Below are positions 55,400-64,000 of a DNA stretch of 64,000 nucleotides, piece by piece. The notes beneath the pieces were generated by a model. It worked only from the letters and a program-made list of their open reading frames with translations. It did not search any database and was not told the DNA's origin. The stretch comes from Burkholderiales bacterium (GTDB lineage: Bacteria > Pseudomonadota > Gammaproteobacteria > Burkholderiales > SG8-41), in contig DASRJL010000092.1 of NCBI GenBank assembly GCA_035649495.1, forward strand, positions 3,588-67,587. Reading direction: 5' to 3'. Position numbers and translations under genes: made by a program. The first letter of the stretch is position 1; each line of letters starts with the position of its first letter.

Positions 55400-55677
55400 G
55401 TGAAAATCATCGAGACAATGCTGGCGCTGTGCGCAACCGCTTTCCTGAGTACGGCATTCGCGCAAGCGCCGCAAAGCAAGTTCGCCGAAGTCAACGGGAT
55501 TCGCATCCACTACCTCGACAAGAGCATCGGAATCGTCGGTCACGATATCGGGCTGATGGTCGCCTGCTAGTGAATAGCAACGTCGAGGGCGTCATCGTGA
55601 CAGGATCCGGGCACTGGCTCATGGAGGAGGCCCCTGGCAAGGTCATACCCAAGCTCGTCGAGTTCCTGAACCGCTAA
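55400..55677 (+). pseudogene. Remnant of a secreted alpha/beta hydrolase (epoxide hydrolase/haloalkane dehalogenase-like) with internal deletions and a frame change
   Basis: Frame 2 encodes a signal peptide, FAEVNGIRIHYLD and IGIVGHDIGLMVAC, then stops at 55568. Frame 1 encodes VEGVIVTGSGHWLMEEAPGKVIPKLVEFLNR (C-terminal His block). Only about 90 of roughly 290 expected residues remain. Confidence 0.6.
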
Positions 55678-55760
55678 GCTTGCATCAGTTTTGCGGACTG
55701 CACATCCGCAACGGTTTCGGATAGGCTCCTGACTGGACCGTGGCGAATGGAGGTATGCAC

Positions 55761-58064
55761 GTGACTCAACGATTCCCGTCCCTCTGCCATTGGGGCGCAT
55801 TCACCGCAGTCGTCGAGCAAGGGCGTTTCGTGCGCGCCGATCCGTTTGCGCTCGATCCATCGCCCTCAGCGTTGCTCGGTGCCTTGCCTGAGGTGGTGTA
55901 TTCCAAGTCGCGCGTCGCGCGGCCGTCGGTGCGTGAGGGATGGCTGAAGCATCGCGACCGGCGGCGCACGGGACACGACGCTTATGTCGAAGTGGACTGG
56001 GACACGGCGCTCGAGCTCGTCGACGCCGAGCTGAAGCGGGTGCGCGCGCAACACGGGGCCGGAGGCATCTTCGGCGGCTCGCAAGGCTGGGCGTCGGCCG
56101 GTCGAATGCATCACGCCGGCTCGCAGCTGAAGCGATTCCTGTTCAGCGGCGGCGGCTGCGTCGACAAGAAAGGCAATTACAGCTTCGGCACTGCGATGTT
56201 CCTGTTGCCGCACGTCGTCGGCACTGCAGGTCCGGTGACGGGCCACGTCACCGACTGGACGAACGTCTGCGGCCATACGCGCCTCATGGTCGCGTTCGGC
56301 GGGCTCGCGCTCAAGAACGGGCAAGTCTCGTCCGGCGGGCCCGGAGAGCATGGCATGGAGACGTGGCTGCGCCGTGCCAGGGATGCGGGCATCGAATTCG
56401 TGGTCGTGAGCCCGAACCGCGGCGATGCCCCCGATTTCCTGAACGCGCACTGGATCTCGATCCGGCCGGGAACCGATACGGCGTTTCTGCTCGGCATGGC
56501 GCACGTGCTGGTGAGCGAAAAACTCGAAGACCGCACTTTCCTCGCCCGGTATTGCACCGGATACGAGCGGTTCGAGCGCTATCTCACGGGACGCGACGAC
56601 GGCCAGCCGAAGAGTCCGGAATGGGCGGCGCCGATCTGTGGCGTTGACGCGGCGGAAATCCGCGCGCTTGCCCGCAAGCTCGCCGTGACGCGCAATCTAT
56701 TGACGATGAGCTGGTCGATCCAGCGTGCGCACCACGGCGAGCAACCGTACTGGATGCTGATCACGCTCGCCGCGATGCTCGGTCAGATCGGCCTGCCGGG
56801 CGGCGGCTTCGGGTTCGGGCACGGCTCGCAGGGCGGCGTCGGCAGTCCCCGCCCGGCGGGTGCGGCCACGCCCGAGCTGCCGACCGGCAAGAACCCTGCG
56901 GGCACCGCGGTCCCGTCGGCGCGCCTGACCGAAATGCTCGAGCATCCGGGCGGCGAGTATGACTTCAACGGCGAACGGTCGCGCTATCCCGATATTCGTC
57001 TGGTCTATTGGGCCGGCGGTAATCCATTTCATCATCACCAGGATCTGAATCGTTTGCGACAAGCCTGGCAGCGCCCGGATACGGTGGTCGTCCACGAAAC
57101 GCACTGGACGCCGACGGCGCGCCACGCGGACATCGTCCTGCCGGCGACGACGACGCTCGAGCGCAACGACCTGGGCGGCTCGGCGCGCGATCGGTTCCTG
57201 TTCGCGATGCATCGCGCGATCGATCCGATCGCCGCGGCACGCAATGACCGCGATATCTTCTGCGAGCTTGCTGCGCGCGGCGGCTTCGAGGCTCGCTATA
57301 CGGACGGGCTGGACGAAACCGGCTGGATCCGCAGGCTTTACGACGGCGCGCGCGCAAAGAATCTGACGGCCGGCGTCGAGATGCCGCCGTTCGAGGTCTT
57401 CTGGGAGCGCGGCCACTTCGAGCTGCCGCTGCCGCAACGCGCGTTCGTGCTGTTCGAGGACTTTCGCAGCGATCCGGCGGCACATCCGCTGGAAACACCG
57501 AGCGGCAGGATCGAGATCTATTCGGCGAGAATCGCCGGCTTCAACTACGACGACTGTCCGCCGCACCCGACCTGGCTGCCGCCGAGCGAATGGCTCGGCG
57601 CTTCACAGGCGCGCGTCTACCCCCTGCATCTCATCACCACGCAGCCGCCCGACAAGCTGCACAGCCAGGCCGATTACGGCCCTGTCGCGCGCGCGGCCAA
57701 ACGCGCCGGTCACGAGCGCATCCGCTTGAGCGCCGCAGACGCGAGCATGCGTTCGCTTGCCGACGGCGTGGTCGTCCGCGTGTTCAATGCGCGCGGCGCC
57801 TGCCTGGCGACGGTCGAAGTCGATGCGGGTCTGCGCACCGGTGTCGCCATCATGTCCACCGGTGCCTGGTACGATCCCGCCGATGCGAGCGACCGCGCGC
57901 TCGAACGCCATGGGAATCCGAACGTGCTTTCGCTGGATCAAGGTACATCGAAGCTCAGTCAAGGACCGAGCGCGCTCTCGATGCTTGTCGAAGTGGAGCG
58001 CTGGGACGGCGATCACGCCGCATCCGCACATACGCCGCCGCGTATCGTGGCAAGCGTGGGTTAG
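55761..58064 (+). CDS. Molybdopterin (bis-MGD) S-/N-oxide reductase, BisC/TorZ-like, cytoplasmic
   Basis: The N-terminus SLCHWGAFTAVVEQGRF...SRVARPSVREGWL parallels E. coli BisC. About 770 aa, with no twin-arginine signal. GGAGG lies 7 nt before GTG 55761; alternative starts are at 55740 and 55755. Confidence 0.8.
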   Translation: MTQRFPSLCHWGAFTAVVEQGRFVRADPFALDPSPSALLGALPEVVYSKSRVARPSVREGWLKHRDRRRTGHDAYVEVDWDTALELVDAELKRVRAQHGAGGIFGGSQGWASAGRMHHAGSQLKRFLFSGGGCVDKKGNYSFGTAMFLLPHVVGTAGPVTGHVTDWTNVCGHTRLMVAFGGLALKNGQVSSGGPGEHGMETWLRRARDAGIEFVVVSPNRGDAPDFLNAHWISIRPGTDTAFLLGMAHVLVSEKLEDRTFLARYCTGYERFERYLTGRDDGQPKSPEWAAPICGVDAAEIRALARKLAVTRNLLTMSWSIQRAHHGEQPYWMLITLAAMLGQIGLPGGGFGFGHGSQGGVGSPRPAGAATPELPTGKNPAGTAVPSARLTEMLEHPGGEYDFNGERSRYPDIRLVYWAGGNPFHHHQDLNRLRQAWQRPDTVVVHETHWTPTARHADIVLPATTTLERNDLGGSARDRFLFAMHRAIDPIAAARNDRDIFCELAARGGFEARYTDGLDETGWIRRLYDGARAKNLTAGVEMPPFEVFWERGHFELPLPQRAFVLFEDFRSDPAAHPLETPSGRIEIYSARIAGFNYDDCPPHPTWLPPSEWLGASQARVYPLHLITTQPPDKLHSQADYGPVARAAKRAGHERIRLSAADASMRSLADGVVVRVFNARGACLATVEVDAGLRTGVAIMSTGAWYDPADASDRALERHGNPNVLSLDQGTSKLSQGPSALSMLVEVERWDGDHAASAHTPPRIVASVG

Positions 58065-58083
58065 CTCCGGGATCGCTTCGGTT

Positions 58084-59214
58084 ATGGGCCCACTGAAGGG
58101 CGTGAAGATCGTCGAGCTTGCCGGAATCGGTCCCGGACCGATGTGCGCGATGCTGCTCGCGGATCTCGGCGCGACGGTGCTGCGCGTCGATCGCAAGGAG
58201 CAGGTCGATCTTGGCACGCCGCGGCCGCTCGAGTTCAACCTGCTGCTGCGTAACCGCAAATCGATTGCCCTCGATCTCAAGCAGCGGGCGGCCGTTGACC
58301 TGGTGCTGGGGCTCGTCGGAAAGGCGGACGCACTGATCGAAGGCTTTCGGCCGGGCGTCACCGAGCGCCTCGGCCTCGGCCCGACCGAGTGTCTTCGGCG
58401 CAACCCGAAGCTCGTCTACGGGCGCATGACAGGCTGGGGCCAGAGCGGTCCGCTCGCGCACGCGGCGGGTCACGATCTCAACTACATCGCGCTGACGGGC
58501 GCGTTGCATGCGATCGGACGCAGGGGCGCGGCGCCGACCCCGCCGCTGAATCTCCTCGGCGACTACGCCGGCGGATCGCTCTACCTCGCGATGGGAATTC
58601 TTGCAGCCATCATCGAGGCGCGCCGGTCCGGGCACGGGCAGGTCGTCGACTCAGCGATCGTAGACGGCACGGCATCGCTTCTGACTTCGGCGTTTGGCAT
58701 GTACGGCGCGGGGCTCTTCTCTCTCGAGCGGGGAACGAATTCGCTCGATTCAGGAGCGCACTACTACGACGTCTACGAATGCGCCGACGGCGAGTGGATC
58801 TCCGTGGCGGCGATCGAAGAGCGCTTTTATGCCGAGCTTCTGCGTATCCTCGGTATATCGCCCGGGGAAATCGGGACACAGCGGGACAGGAAGAACTGGG
58901 CGCGCGGCAAAGAGCTTTTCGCGCGCGCTTTCAGGTCGAAGACGCGTGACGAATGGTGCAGGCTCCTCGAAGGTACCGATGCGTGCTTCGCGCCCGTGCT
59001 CAGCATGGCCGAGGCGCCGCTCCACGCGCAGGTCAAGGCGCGGAAGACGTTAATCGAGGTGGGCGGTATCGAGCAGCCGGCGCCGGCGCCGCGCTTCAGC
59101 CGCACCCCCCCTGACAAGCCGACGCCGCCCGAGGCGCCGGACGCCGACCGCGCACTCGAAGGCTGGCTCGCGCCGGAGGAGATCGGTGCACTGAAGAGCT
59201 CGGGCGTCTTGTAG
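58084..59214 (+). CDS. Family III CoA-transferase fold protein, alpha-methylacyl-CoA racemase-like
   Basis: MGPLKGVKIVELAGIGPGPMCAMLLADLGATVLRVDR, ADALIEGFRPGVTERLGLGP, GHDLNYIALTG and PAPRFSRTP closely parallel M. tuberculosis Mcr as I remember it. The upstream in-frame part of ORF 57757..59214 overlaps the previous gene. Confidence 0.85.
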   Translation: MGPLKGVKIVELAGIGPGPMCAMLLADLGATVLRVDRKEQVDLGTPRPLEFNLLLRNRKSIALDLKQRAAVDLVLGLVGKADALIEGFRPGVTERLGLGPTECLRRNPKLVYGRMTGWGQSGPLAHAAGHDLNYIALTGALHAIGRRGAAPTPPLNLLGDYAGGSLYLAMGILAAIIEARRSGHGQVVDSAIVDGTASLLTSAFGMYGAGLFSLERGTNSLDSGAHYYDVYECADGEWISVAAIEERFYAELLRILGISPGEIGTQRDRKNWARGKELFARAFRSKTRDEWCRLLEGTDACFAPVLSMAEAPLHAQVKARKTLIEVGGIEQPAPAPRFSRTPPDKPTPPEAPDADRALEGWLAPEEIGALKSSGVL

Positions 59215-59217
59215 CGC

Positions 59218-59668
59218 ATGGCGAGGTGGCTCAAGCGAACCCCCGCGCACACGTTCTTCCTGTGCCCTCTGATCGTCGTTGCATTCGAGCTCGCGCTCAA
59301 CCAGGGAGGACTGACCGTGGTGCCCTGGGGCATCCCGCTGCTGGGGTTATCTGCAATATCTTCTCGTGGGGAGTTACCGGTTGCCGCGTGCAGGCGGAAC
59401 TGCCGGCATGGATGCCATGCCGGAGCGTATCGTCGCCGCAGGCCCGTATCGCTACACGCGGAATCCGATGTACCTCGGCCACCTCATCTTCATGACGGGA
59501 CTCGTCGTTACGTTCTGGTCGTGGTTCGCGCTCATTCTGCTGGTTGCCCGCGCAATCTGGTTCCAGCGACGGGTTCTGCACGACGAGGCGCGGCTCGAGC
59601 GGGTATTTGGCGTCGAATATTCCGCCTATCGCGCGCGGGTAAAGCGCTGGATCCCGTTCGTCTTGTAG
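59218..59668 (+). pseudogene. Isoprenylcysteine carboxyl methyltransferase (ICMT)/phospholipid methyltransferase-family gene, apparently frameshifted near 59340-59350
   Basis: Frame A (59218-) encodes a TM N-terminus, MARWLKRTPAHTFFLCPLIVVAFELALNQGGLTVVPWGIPLLG. Frame B (open from 59315, ending 59668) encodes ...YLQYLLVGSYRL...GPYRYTRNPMYLGHLIFMTGLVVTFWSW...VLHDEARLERVFGVEYSAYRARVKRWIP, the family core. Neither frame alone gives a full-length protein. Confidence 0.55.
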
Positions 59669-59697
59669 TAATACCTGACGCGACGTTCGATCGGGTC

Positions 59698-59994
59698 CTA
59701 TAAGTCCAGCACGAGCGTCGGGGTCTTCGCCCGCGAGCAGCAGATCATCATGGTCTTCCCCGCTGCCTTCTCGGCGTCGTTCAGGACCAGGTCGCGGTGA
59801 TCGGGGACGCCCTCGAGTACGCGCGTCTCGCACGTCCCGCACACGCCTTCCATGCAGGAGTACGAGGGATTGAAGCCCTCGTCGATCAACGTCTCGAGGA
59901 TGGTCCTGCCTTCCTCGACGAACACGGTGCGGTTCGATTTCGCGAGCACGACCGTGAAGCCGCCGGCGTGCACCGGCTCTTCGGTGACACTCAC
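59698..59994 (-). CDS. Plant-type [2Fe-2S] ferredoxin
   Basis: 98 aa with SYSCMEGVCGTCETRV...MICCSRA (Cx4Cx2C...C). GTG 59994 overlaps the RidA stop (GTGA). Confidence 0.8.
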   Translation of the reverse strand: MSVTEEPVHAGGFTVVLAKSNRTVFVEEGRTILETLIDEGFNPSYSCMEGVCGTCETRVLEGVPDHRDLVLNDAEKAAGKTMMICCSRAKTPTLVLDL

Positions 59995-60365
59995 GACGCT
60001 CGAACGATGAAATCCATCTCGACCAGCGCGCCGCGCGTAAGGCTCGTCACGCCTACCACGGTACGCGCCGGGAGCGACGCCTCGCCCAGGCACGCGAGGT
60101 ACGCCTGGTCCACGCGCTCGATAAGCCGCTCGAAATCGACGAGATGGATCCGCACGAAAGCGAGGTTCCGGCGTGCGAGACCGGCGGATTGAAGAATCGC
60201 GTCTAGGTTGGCAAAGATCCTGCGTACTTGCGCTTCGACTTTCTCGGGCAGAGGCACGCGCTCGTTCGTGGGATCGACGGGACCCAGGCCCGAGACGAAG
60301 GCCAGTCCTCCCGCGACGACGAGTTCTGCCGCGAGCTTCGTCCCGGCGCCTGCGGAAACGGTCAC
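59991..60365 (-). CDS. RidA/YjgF/L-PSP-family protein
   Basis: 124 aa: LVVAGGLAFVSGLGPVDP...VRRIFANLDAILQSAGLARRNLAFVRIHLVDF...PARTVVGVTSLTRGALVEMDFIV. GTG 60365 overlaps the Rieske gene stop (GTGA). Confidence 0.8.
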   Translation of the reverse strand: MTVSAGAGTKLAAELVVAGGLAFVSGLGPVDPTNERVPLPEKVEAQVRRIFANLDAILQSAGLARRNLAFVRIHLVDFERLIERVDQAYLACLGEASLPARTVVGVTSLTRGALVEMDFIVRAS

Positions 60366-61789
60366 GCCTTGACCGCCGTTTTCTGCTCTGCCGCCCCGCC
60401 CTTGACGCAGCATTCCTGCAGGATCTCGATGATGCGCGAGCGCGCTTTCTCGTCCCGCTGGCCGGGTGAGAGCCCTTCGATCTCGATGATCGCCTTCGCC
60501 GCGCGGTTCCCGAATTCCCCCAGCACCTGGCGATCGGTGAGCGCGGCCGCATCGGGCAGCTTGAGGATCACTTCGTGACAGTACGTCTGAACCGGCTTGC
60601 CGTCTTGCGGGTGCCGCGGTATCGCCGGCACCTTCCCTTCGCGCATCGCGTTGATCGCGTGCGCCAGCATGCGGCGGATCAGCGCCACGCCGCGGTCGGT
60701 CGTGCCGAGGTGCTCGGCCTTGCGATTGACGATCGCCCCGGCGCTGACCATGGCATCGTAGTCCCCGGGCTCGCGCTGGCGCTCCTTGTACGGGCGCTCC
60801 GCGGTCTGACCGATGAGGGGCAGTTTGTCGACGCCGTAGTCGTCGAGCGACCTGCTGCGCGGGGCGGAGCGCTCGTCCCAGTGCCCGGCGCCGATGTAGA
60901 ACGCGCTGTGGTCGTCGATCGGCACCGCCCAGCGGGTGGTCGTCGCATGCGCGCGCACCGTCTCCGTCAGCGCCTTCCCCGCGCCCGAGGTGAACTGGGC
61001 GACGTTCGGCAGCATCAGCTCGCCCGCGCGGATGAAGACCACGTCGTTCACCTTGCGCGTGGCCATCGACAGCATGCCGATCGGCGTCTCCGGAAAGTCG
61101 AGCACGGGCAGCACCTTGAAGGCCTCGCCGAACTGCTCGCCGCTTTCGCTCATGATGGCGTGCAGGAACGCGTTGTGGATCGGGTCCGCCGCGTTCTCGA
61201 CGATCTGGAGCCAGTTGCACGGCACGGTGATCCTGAACGGCGCGATGGTCGCGTCGGGATAACAGAGCGTGTCGTAGACCGGAAGCTCGGGCACCTCCTC
61301 GGGCGGGCCCATGCAGGCGAAGATGAGGCCGTGCTGCTCGCGGACCTGGTAGGCGCCCTGGCAGAAATTCGCCTTGATGCGGCTCGATGCGGGCTCGCCG
61401 GGCGTGTCGAGGATCGTGCCGTCGACGTCGAAGTGCCAGCCGTGATAGCAGCAGCGGATCCCGCGCTCGGCAGGTATCCCGAACTCGAGGGATGCGCCGC
61501 GGTGCGGGCAATGCCGGTGGAGCAGCCCGAGGCGGCCGGACTTGTCGCGGAACGCGACGAGGTCCTCCCCGAGCAGCCGCACGGCGACCGGCAGCTCTTT
61601 CAGCTCGGACGACAGCAGGAAAGGATGCCAGTAGCGGCGCAGGTACTCGCCGCACGGCGTGCCCGGACCGACGTGCGTGAGGAGCGTCTCGTCGCCGGCT
61701 TGCGGCCGGTTGTAATAACCGCCGTAGGGCAGCTTCTTCTGGGCCGCCGAGGGCGGTTTCTGTTCCTGTGTCATGGCAGCTCCTTCCAT
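60362..61789 (-). CDS. Rieske [2Fe-2S] non-heme-iron oxygenase, alpha subunit (phthalate-family-like)
   Basis: Rieske motif CPHRGASLEFGIPAERGIRCCYHGWHF. Mononuclear iron block NAADPIHNAFLHAIM. 475 aa. Confidence 0.85.
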   Translation of the reverse strand: MEGAAMTQEQKPPSAAQKKLPYGGYYNRPQAGDETLLTHVGPGTPCGEYLRRYWHPFLLSSELKELPVAVRLLGEDLVAFRDKSGRLGLLHRHCPHRGASLEFGIPAERGIRCCYHGWHFDVDGTILDTPGEPASSRIKANFCQGAYQVREQHGLIFACMGPPEEVPELPVYDTLCYPDATIAPFRITVPCNWLQIVENAADPIHNAFLHAIMSESGEQFGEAFKVLPVLDFPETPIGMLSMATRKVNDVVFIRAGELMLPNVAQFTSGAGKALTETVRAHATTTRWAVPIDDHSAFYIGAGHWDERSAPRSRSLDDYGVDKLPLIGQTAERPYKERQREPGDYDAMVSAGAIVNRKAEHLGTTDRGVALIRRMLAHAINAMREGKVPAIPRHPQDGKPVQTYCHEVILKLPDAAALTDRQVLGEFGNRAAKAIIEIEGLSPGQRDEKARSRIIEILQECCVKGGAAEQKTAVKA

Positions 61790-61920
61790 ACCCGGCCGAC
61801 GATAGTGCCTGCCAGTTTAAGTGGGGAGCGCATCCCGCGCCAGAGGCACCGGGCGCGCACACGGCAGCGATCGCGCGAAACGTCTACAATCGAACCCTCT
61901 GCCCCTGCACCCGGAAACCG

Positions 61921-62676
61921 ATGAAGAGACCGCTGAAGATCGCGCACACCTCCGATGTCCACCTGCACGACGGGGACGATGGCCAGCCCGTGCGCGATGC
62001 GTTTGCTCGCGTGATCGATACCGTACTCGACTCCCGGTCCGATCTGTTCCTCATCGCCGGCGACCTGTTCGACCACAACCGCATCCAGGGCGACGTAATC
62101 GATTTCGTCTACGAGCAGCTCTCGCGCGTGCCCTGTCCCACCGTCATCATCGCCGGCAACCACGATTGCTGGGAGGAGCGCTCCGTGCTGCAGCGCATGG
62201 ACTTCCGTCACGCCGGACATCACGTCACGCTGCTCGACGAAATCGAGGGCGTGCAGGTGGAATTCCCGGAGCTGCACGCGACGGTGTGGGGACGCTGCAT
62301 GCTCGATCACGACCGCACCAACAAGCCGCTCGCCGGGGCTCCGAAACGCAGGGGAAGCCTGTGGCACATCGGCATGGCGCACGGCCTTTACATGGACGAG
62401 CCGGAGTCGGACCGCTCCTCGCTCATCACGCCCCAGGAGATCGCGGATTCAGGCTTCGATTACCTGGCGCTCGGGCACGTGCACGTTCATCGGCAGATGC
62501 GTCACGGCAATACGCTCGCCTGCTATCCCGGCGTGCCCGCCGCCTATTACGGAACGGAGCAAAGCGGGTGCATGACCCTGGTGGAGCTGACGCCGGGCGC
62601 GGGCGCGCGCGCCGTTCTCCATGAGCTCAAGCCACCAGCCGCGCGCAGGCGCAAGGCCAAAGCCGCGGGAAGCTGA
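61921..62676 (+). CDS. Calcineurin-like metallophosphoesterase
   Basis: LKIAHTSDVHL, LFLIAGDLFDH, IIAGNHD and LALGHVHVH. I chose ATG 61921; the ORF track extends to 61768. Confidence 0.8.
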   Translation: MKRPLKIAHTSDVHLHDGDDGQPVRDAFARVIDTVLDSRSDLFLIAGDLFDHNRIQGDVIDFVYEQLSRVPCPTVIIAGNHDCWEERSVLQRMDFRHAGHHVTLLDEIEGVQVEFPELHATVWGRCMLDHDRTNKPLAGAPKRRGSLWHIGMAHGLYMDEPESDRSSLITPQEIADSGFDYLALGHVHVHRQMRHGNTLACYPGVPAAYYGTEQSGCMTLVELTPGAGARAVLHELKPPAARRRKAKAAGS

Positions 62677-62682
62677 ATTCCC

Positions 62683-63534
62683 TCAGGCTGGAGCGGGGGT
62701 AGCCGCGAGGAAGCGCTCTACGCTCTCCGCGAAGGCTTCAGGCTGATCGGTAAATAGACCGTGGCCGGCGCCTTCGATGCGCTCCACCGTGCAACGAGGC
62801 ATGATCTCGGCCATGCGCGCGGCCAGTTCGGGGCTTACCACGTTGCTGTGGCTGCCGTACTGGAGCAGCGTCGGCGTGGGAATGGACTTCACCATGCTCC
62901 ACAAATCCACGCCAGTCGACCTTGACCTCGCCCCGCTCAGAAACCCGGGATCGTACTTCCAGGTGTAGCGCCCGTTGCCGGTCTCGCGCAGGCCGTGGCG
63001 CACGCTTTCCTCGACGAGGTGACCGGGCGCGCGCGGCATCAGGCGCCTGAGATGGGCGAGGGCGGCCTCGCGGCTGTCGAATTCCCCGACGGACGTCCGC
63101 GAGTCATCAGGGATCTCGCCAGGCGCGGCGGCCGCAGGGCGTCCCGGTGTGATGTCGACCAGCACCAGGCGCTCCAGCAGTTCGGGGTGACGGTGGGCAA
63201 ACAGCATGGAGACCCTGCCGCCCAGGGAATGCCCGATCAGGGTGAAGCGCGACAAACCCCGCTTTTCGACTACGGCACGCAGGTCGTCGTAGAAATTCTC
63301 CATCTGGTAGCCGTCCGCCGCTCCCCACCCGCTTTCCCCGTGTCCGCGCTGGTCGAGCGCGATGATGTGATAGCGGTCGCTGAACCTGCGGCTGAAATGG
63401 CTCCAGACATGGGCGTGCAGCCGGCTGCCGTGCACCAGCACCAGCGGGTGCCGCCCGTGATTGCCCCAATCCAGATGATGGAGCTTGACGGCGTCGCGGA
63501 CTACGTAGTGGCTTTGGGGGGAGATCGATGTCAT
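62683..63534 (-). CDS. Alpha/beta-fold hydrolase
   Basis: I chose ATG 63534. PLVLVHGSRLHAHVW, DQRGHGESGW, the nucleophile elbow LIGHSLGGRV, and C-terminal GAGHGLFTDQPEAF. Confidence 0.85.
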   Translation of the reverse strand: MTSISPQSHYVVRDAVKLHHLDWGNHGRHPLVLVHGSRLHAHVWSHFSRRFSDRYHIIALDQRGHGESGWGAADGYQMENFYDDLRAVVEKRGLSRFTLIGHSLGGRVSMLFAHRHPELLERLVLVDITPGRPAAAAPGEIPDDSRTSVGEFDSREAALAHLRRLMPRAPGHLVEESVRHGLRETGNGRYTWKYDPGFLSGARSRSTGVDLWSMVKSIPTPTLLQYGSHSNVVSPELAARMAEIMPRCTVERIEGAGHGLFTDQPEAFAESVERFLAATPAPA

Positions 63535-63753
63535 GGTTTGGGAGGGCGGCTTGTCTGCGCCGGACGATGTGTCAGCATGCAGTATCTGCCGGCGACGGCA
63601 AGCTGGCAACTGATGACCGCGGGCTTCCACGACGGTTTCGCGACGGCGCACCGGCTGGCCGCCAGGCTCGTCTGCAGGGACGTTCGCTCTGCTAGTCTGG
63701 CAATGGCTCGACGGGCGCGATCTAGCCCGGAGCACGCATGCGTGCGGCGACGC

Positions 63754-64000
63754 TCAGTAAGCGAGCTGATACCGTCGCAGATGTCTGGAGAAGTCGCGCA
63801 GCGCAGCGATGCCGCTCGCCTCCGCGCGCTGGCACCAGTCTTCCAGCTGACTGACCAGTTGCTCCTTTGTGCTGCTCGAGCGCTGCCACAGTGCTGTCAG
63901 CTCGAGGCGCATTGAATGGACGGTGTATAGCGTCTTGCTGACCTTCAACGCTCCGGCAAGACGTTCGCGATCTGCCGGCGATAGCCTGTCCTCGTCGCTA
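63754..64000 (-). mobile_element. ISL3-family-like transposase C-terminal fragment (remnant; the reading frame stays open to the window edge)
   Basis: Translation ...LSPADRERLAGALKVSKTLYTVHSMRLELTALWQRSSSTKEQLVSQLEDWCQRAEASGIAALRDFSRHLRRYQLAY*. It follows the ISL3 pattern (L-x-AY-x-LKE-x-L-x-LW ... W ... A-x-x-SGI-x-x-L-x-x-F). It stops about 40 aa before the usual C-terminus. Assigned from memory of the family. Confidence 0.4.

Noticed and set aside
59991-61862. 623-aa minus-strand ORF, the 449-aa plus-strand ORF at 60575-61924, and the 284-aa ORF at 59698-60552
   Set aside because: Only the C-terminal parts of the two minus-strand ORFs are real (RidA at 59991-60365 and ferredoxin at 59698-59994). 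The remainder reads the Rieske gene region out of frame, and the plus-strand ORF is antisense to it.
1-64000. Search by eye for CRISPR arrays, tRNA/rRNA genes, reverse transcriptases, toxin-antitoxin pairs and phage or integrase genes
   Set aside because: I found none. The only regularly spaced repeat is the two-unit element at 45801-45919, and the only mobile-element trace is the transposase fragment at the right edge. A tRNAscan/Infernal run would be needed to exclude small RNAs formally.

Overview
High-GC, gene-dense bacterial chromosomal window. The Bug/TctC-type binding protein, two PEP-CTERM proteins and sigma-54-type promoters suggest a beta- or gammaproteobacterium, but the taxon cannot be fixed from sequence alone. 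I saw no rRNA, tRNA or CRISPR array by eye.

Left half (119-31076): a self-contained lipid/polyketide island.
- A 4160-aa FAAL-initiated type I PKS (FAAL-ACP-KS-AT-KR-ACP-KS-AT-KR-ACP) ends in a tandem GNAT/FemAB-like domain instead of a thioesterase.
- It is transcribed divergently from a low-GC Delta9-type membrane desaturase and a complete FkbH/ACP/3-hydroxyacyl-CoA dehydrogenase/acyl-CoA dehydrogenase cassette. The cassette has no O-methyltransferase, so hydroxymalonyl-ACP is the predicted product.
- Also present: an EntD-type PPTase, a type II thioesterase and a MOP/Wzx-type flippase.
- A discrete sulfotransferase and a dedicated CysD/CysN-CysC PAPS-supply pair follow, with an embedded PEP-CTERM protein and a VanZ-like protein.
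- A tightly adjacent pair encodes a secreted beta-propeller/di-heme CCP-MauG-like protein and a heme-oxygenase-like putative diiron enzyme.
- I interpret this as a candidate pathway for a sulfated, polyhydroxylated, possibly N-acylated lipid that I cannot match to any characterised system.

Right half:
- A ba3-type (B-family) cytochrome oxidase module flanked by three multi-heme c-type cytochromes.
- Envelope genes (AsmA, OmpA-like, FecR-like, PgsA).
- A second PEP-CTERM gene behind a tandemly duplicated sigma-54 promoter element.
- An orphan xanthine-dehydrogenase-family Mo subunit with a MoaD-like protein.
- A TetR-MFS-MATE efflux unit with two palindromic operators.
- A BisC-type molybdoenzyme, an alpha-methylacyl-CoA-racemase-like protein and a Rieske oxygenase-RidA-ferredoxin operon.
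- Several decayed genes and an ISL3-like transposase remnant at the right edge.
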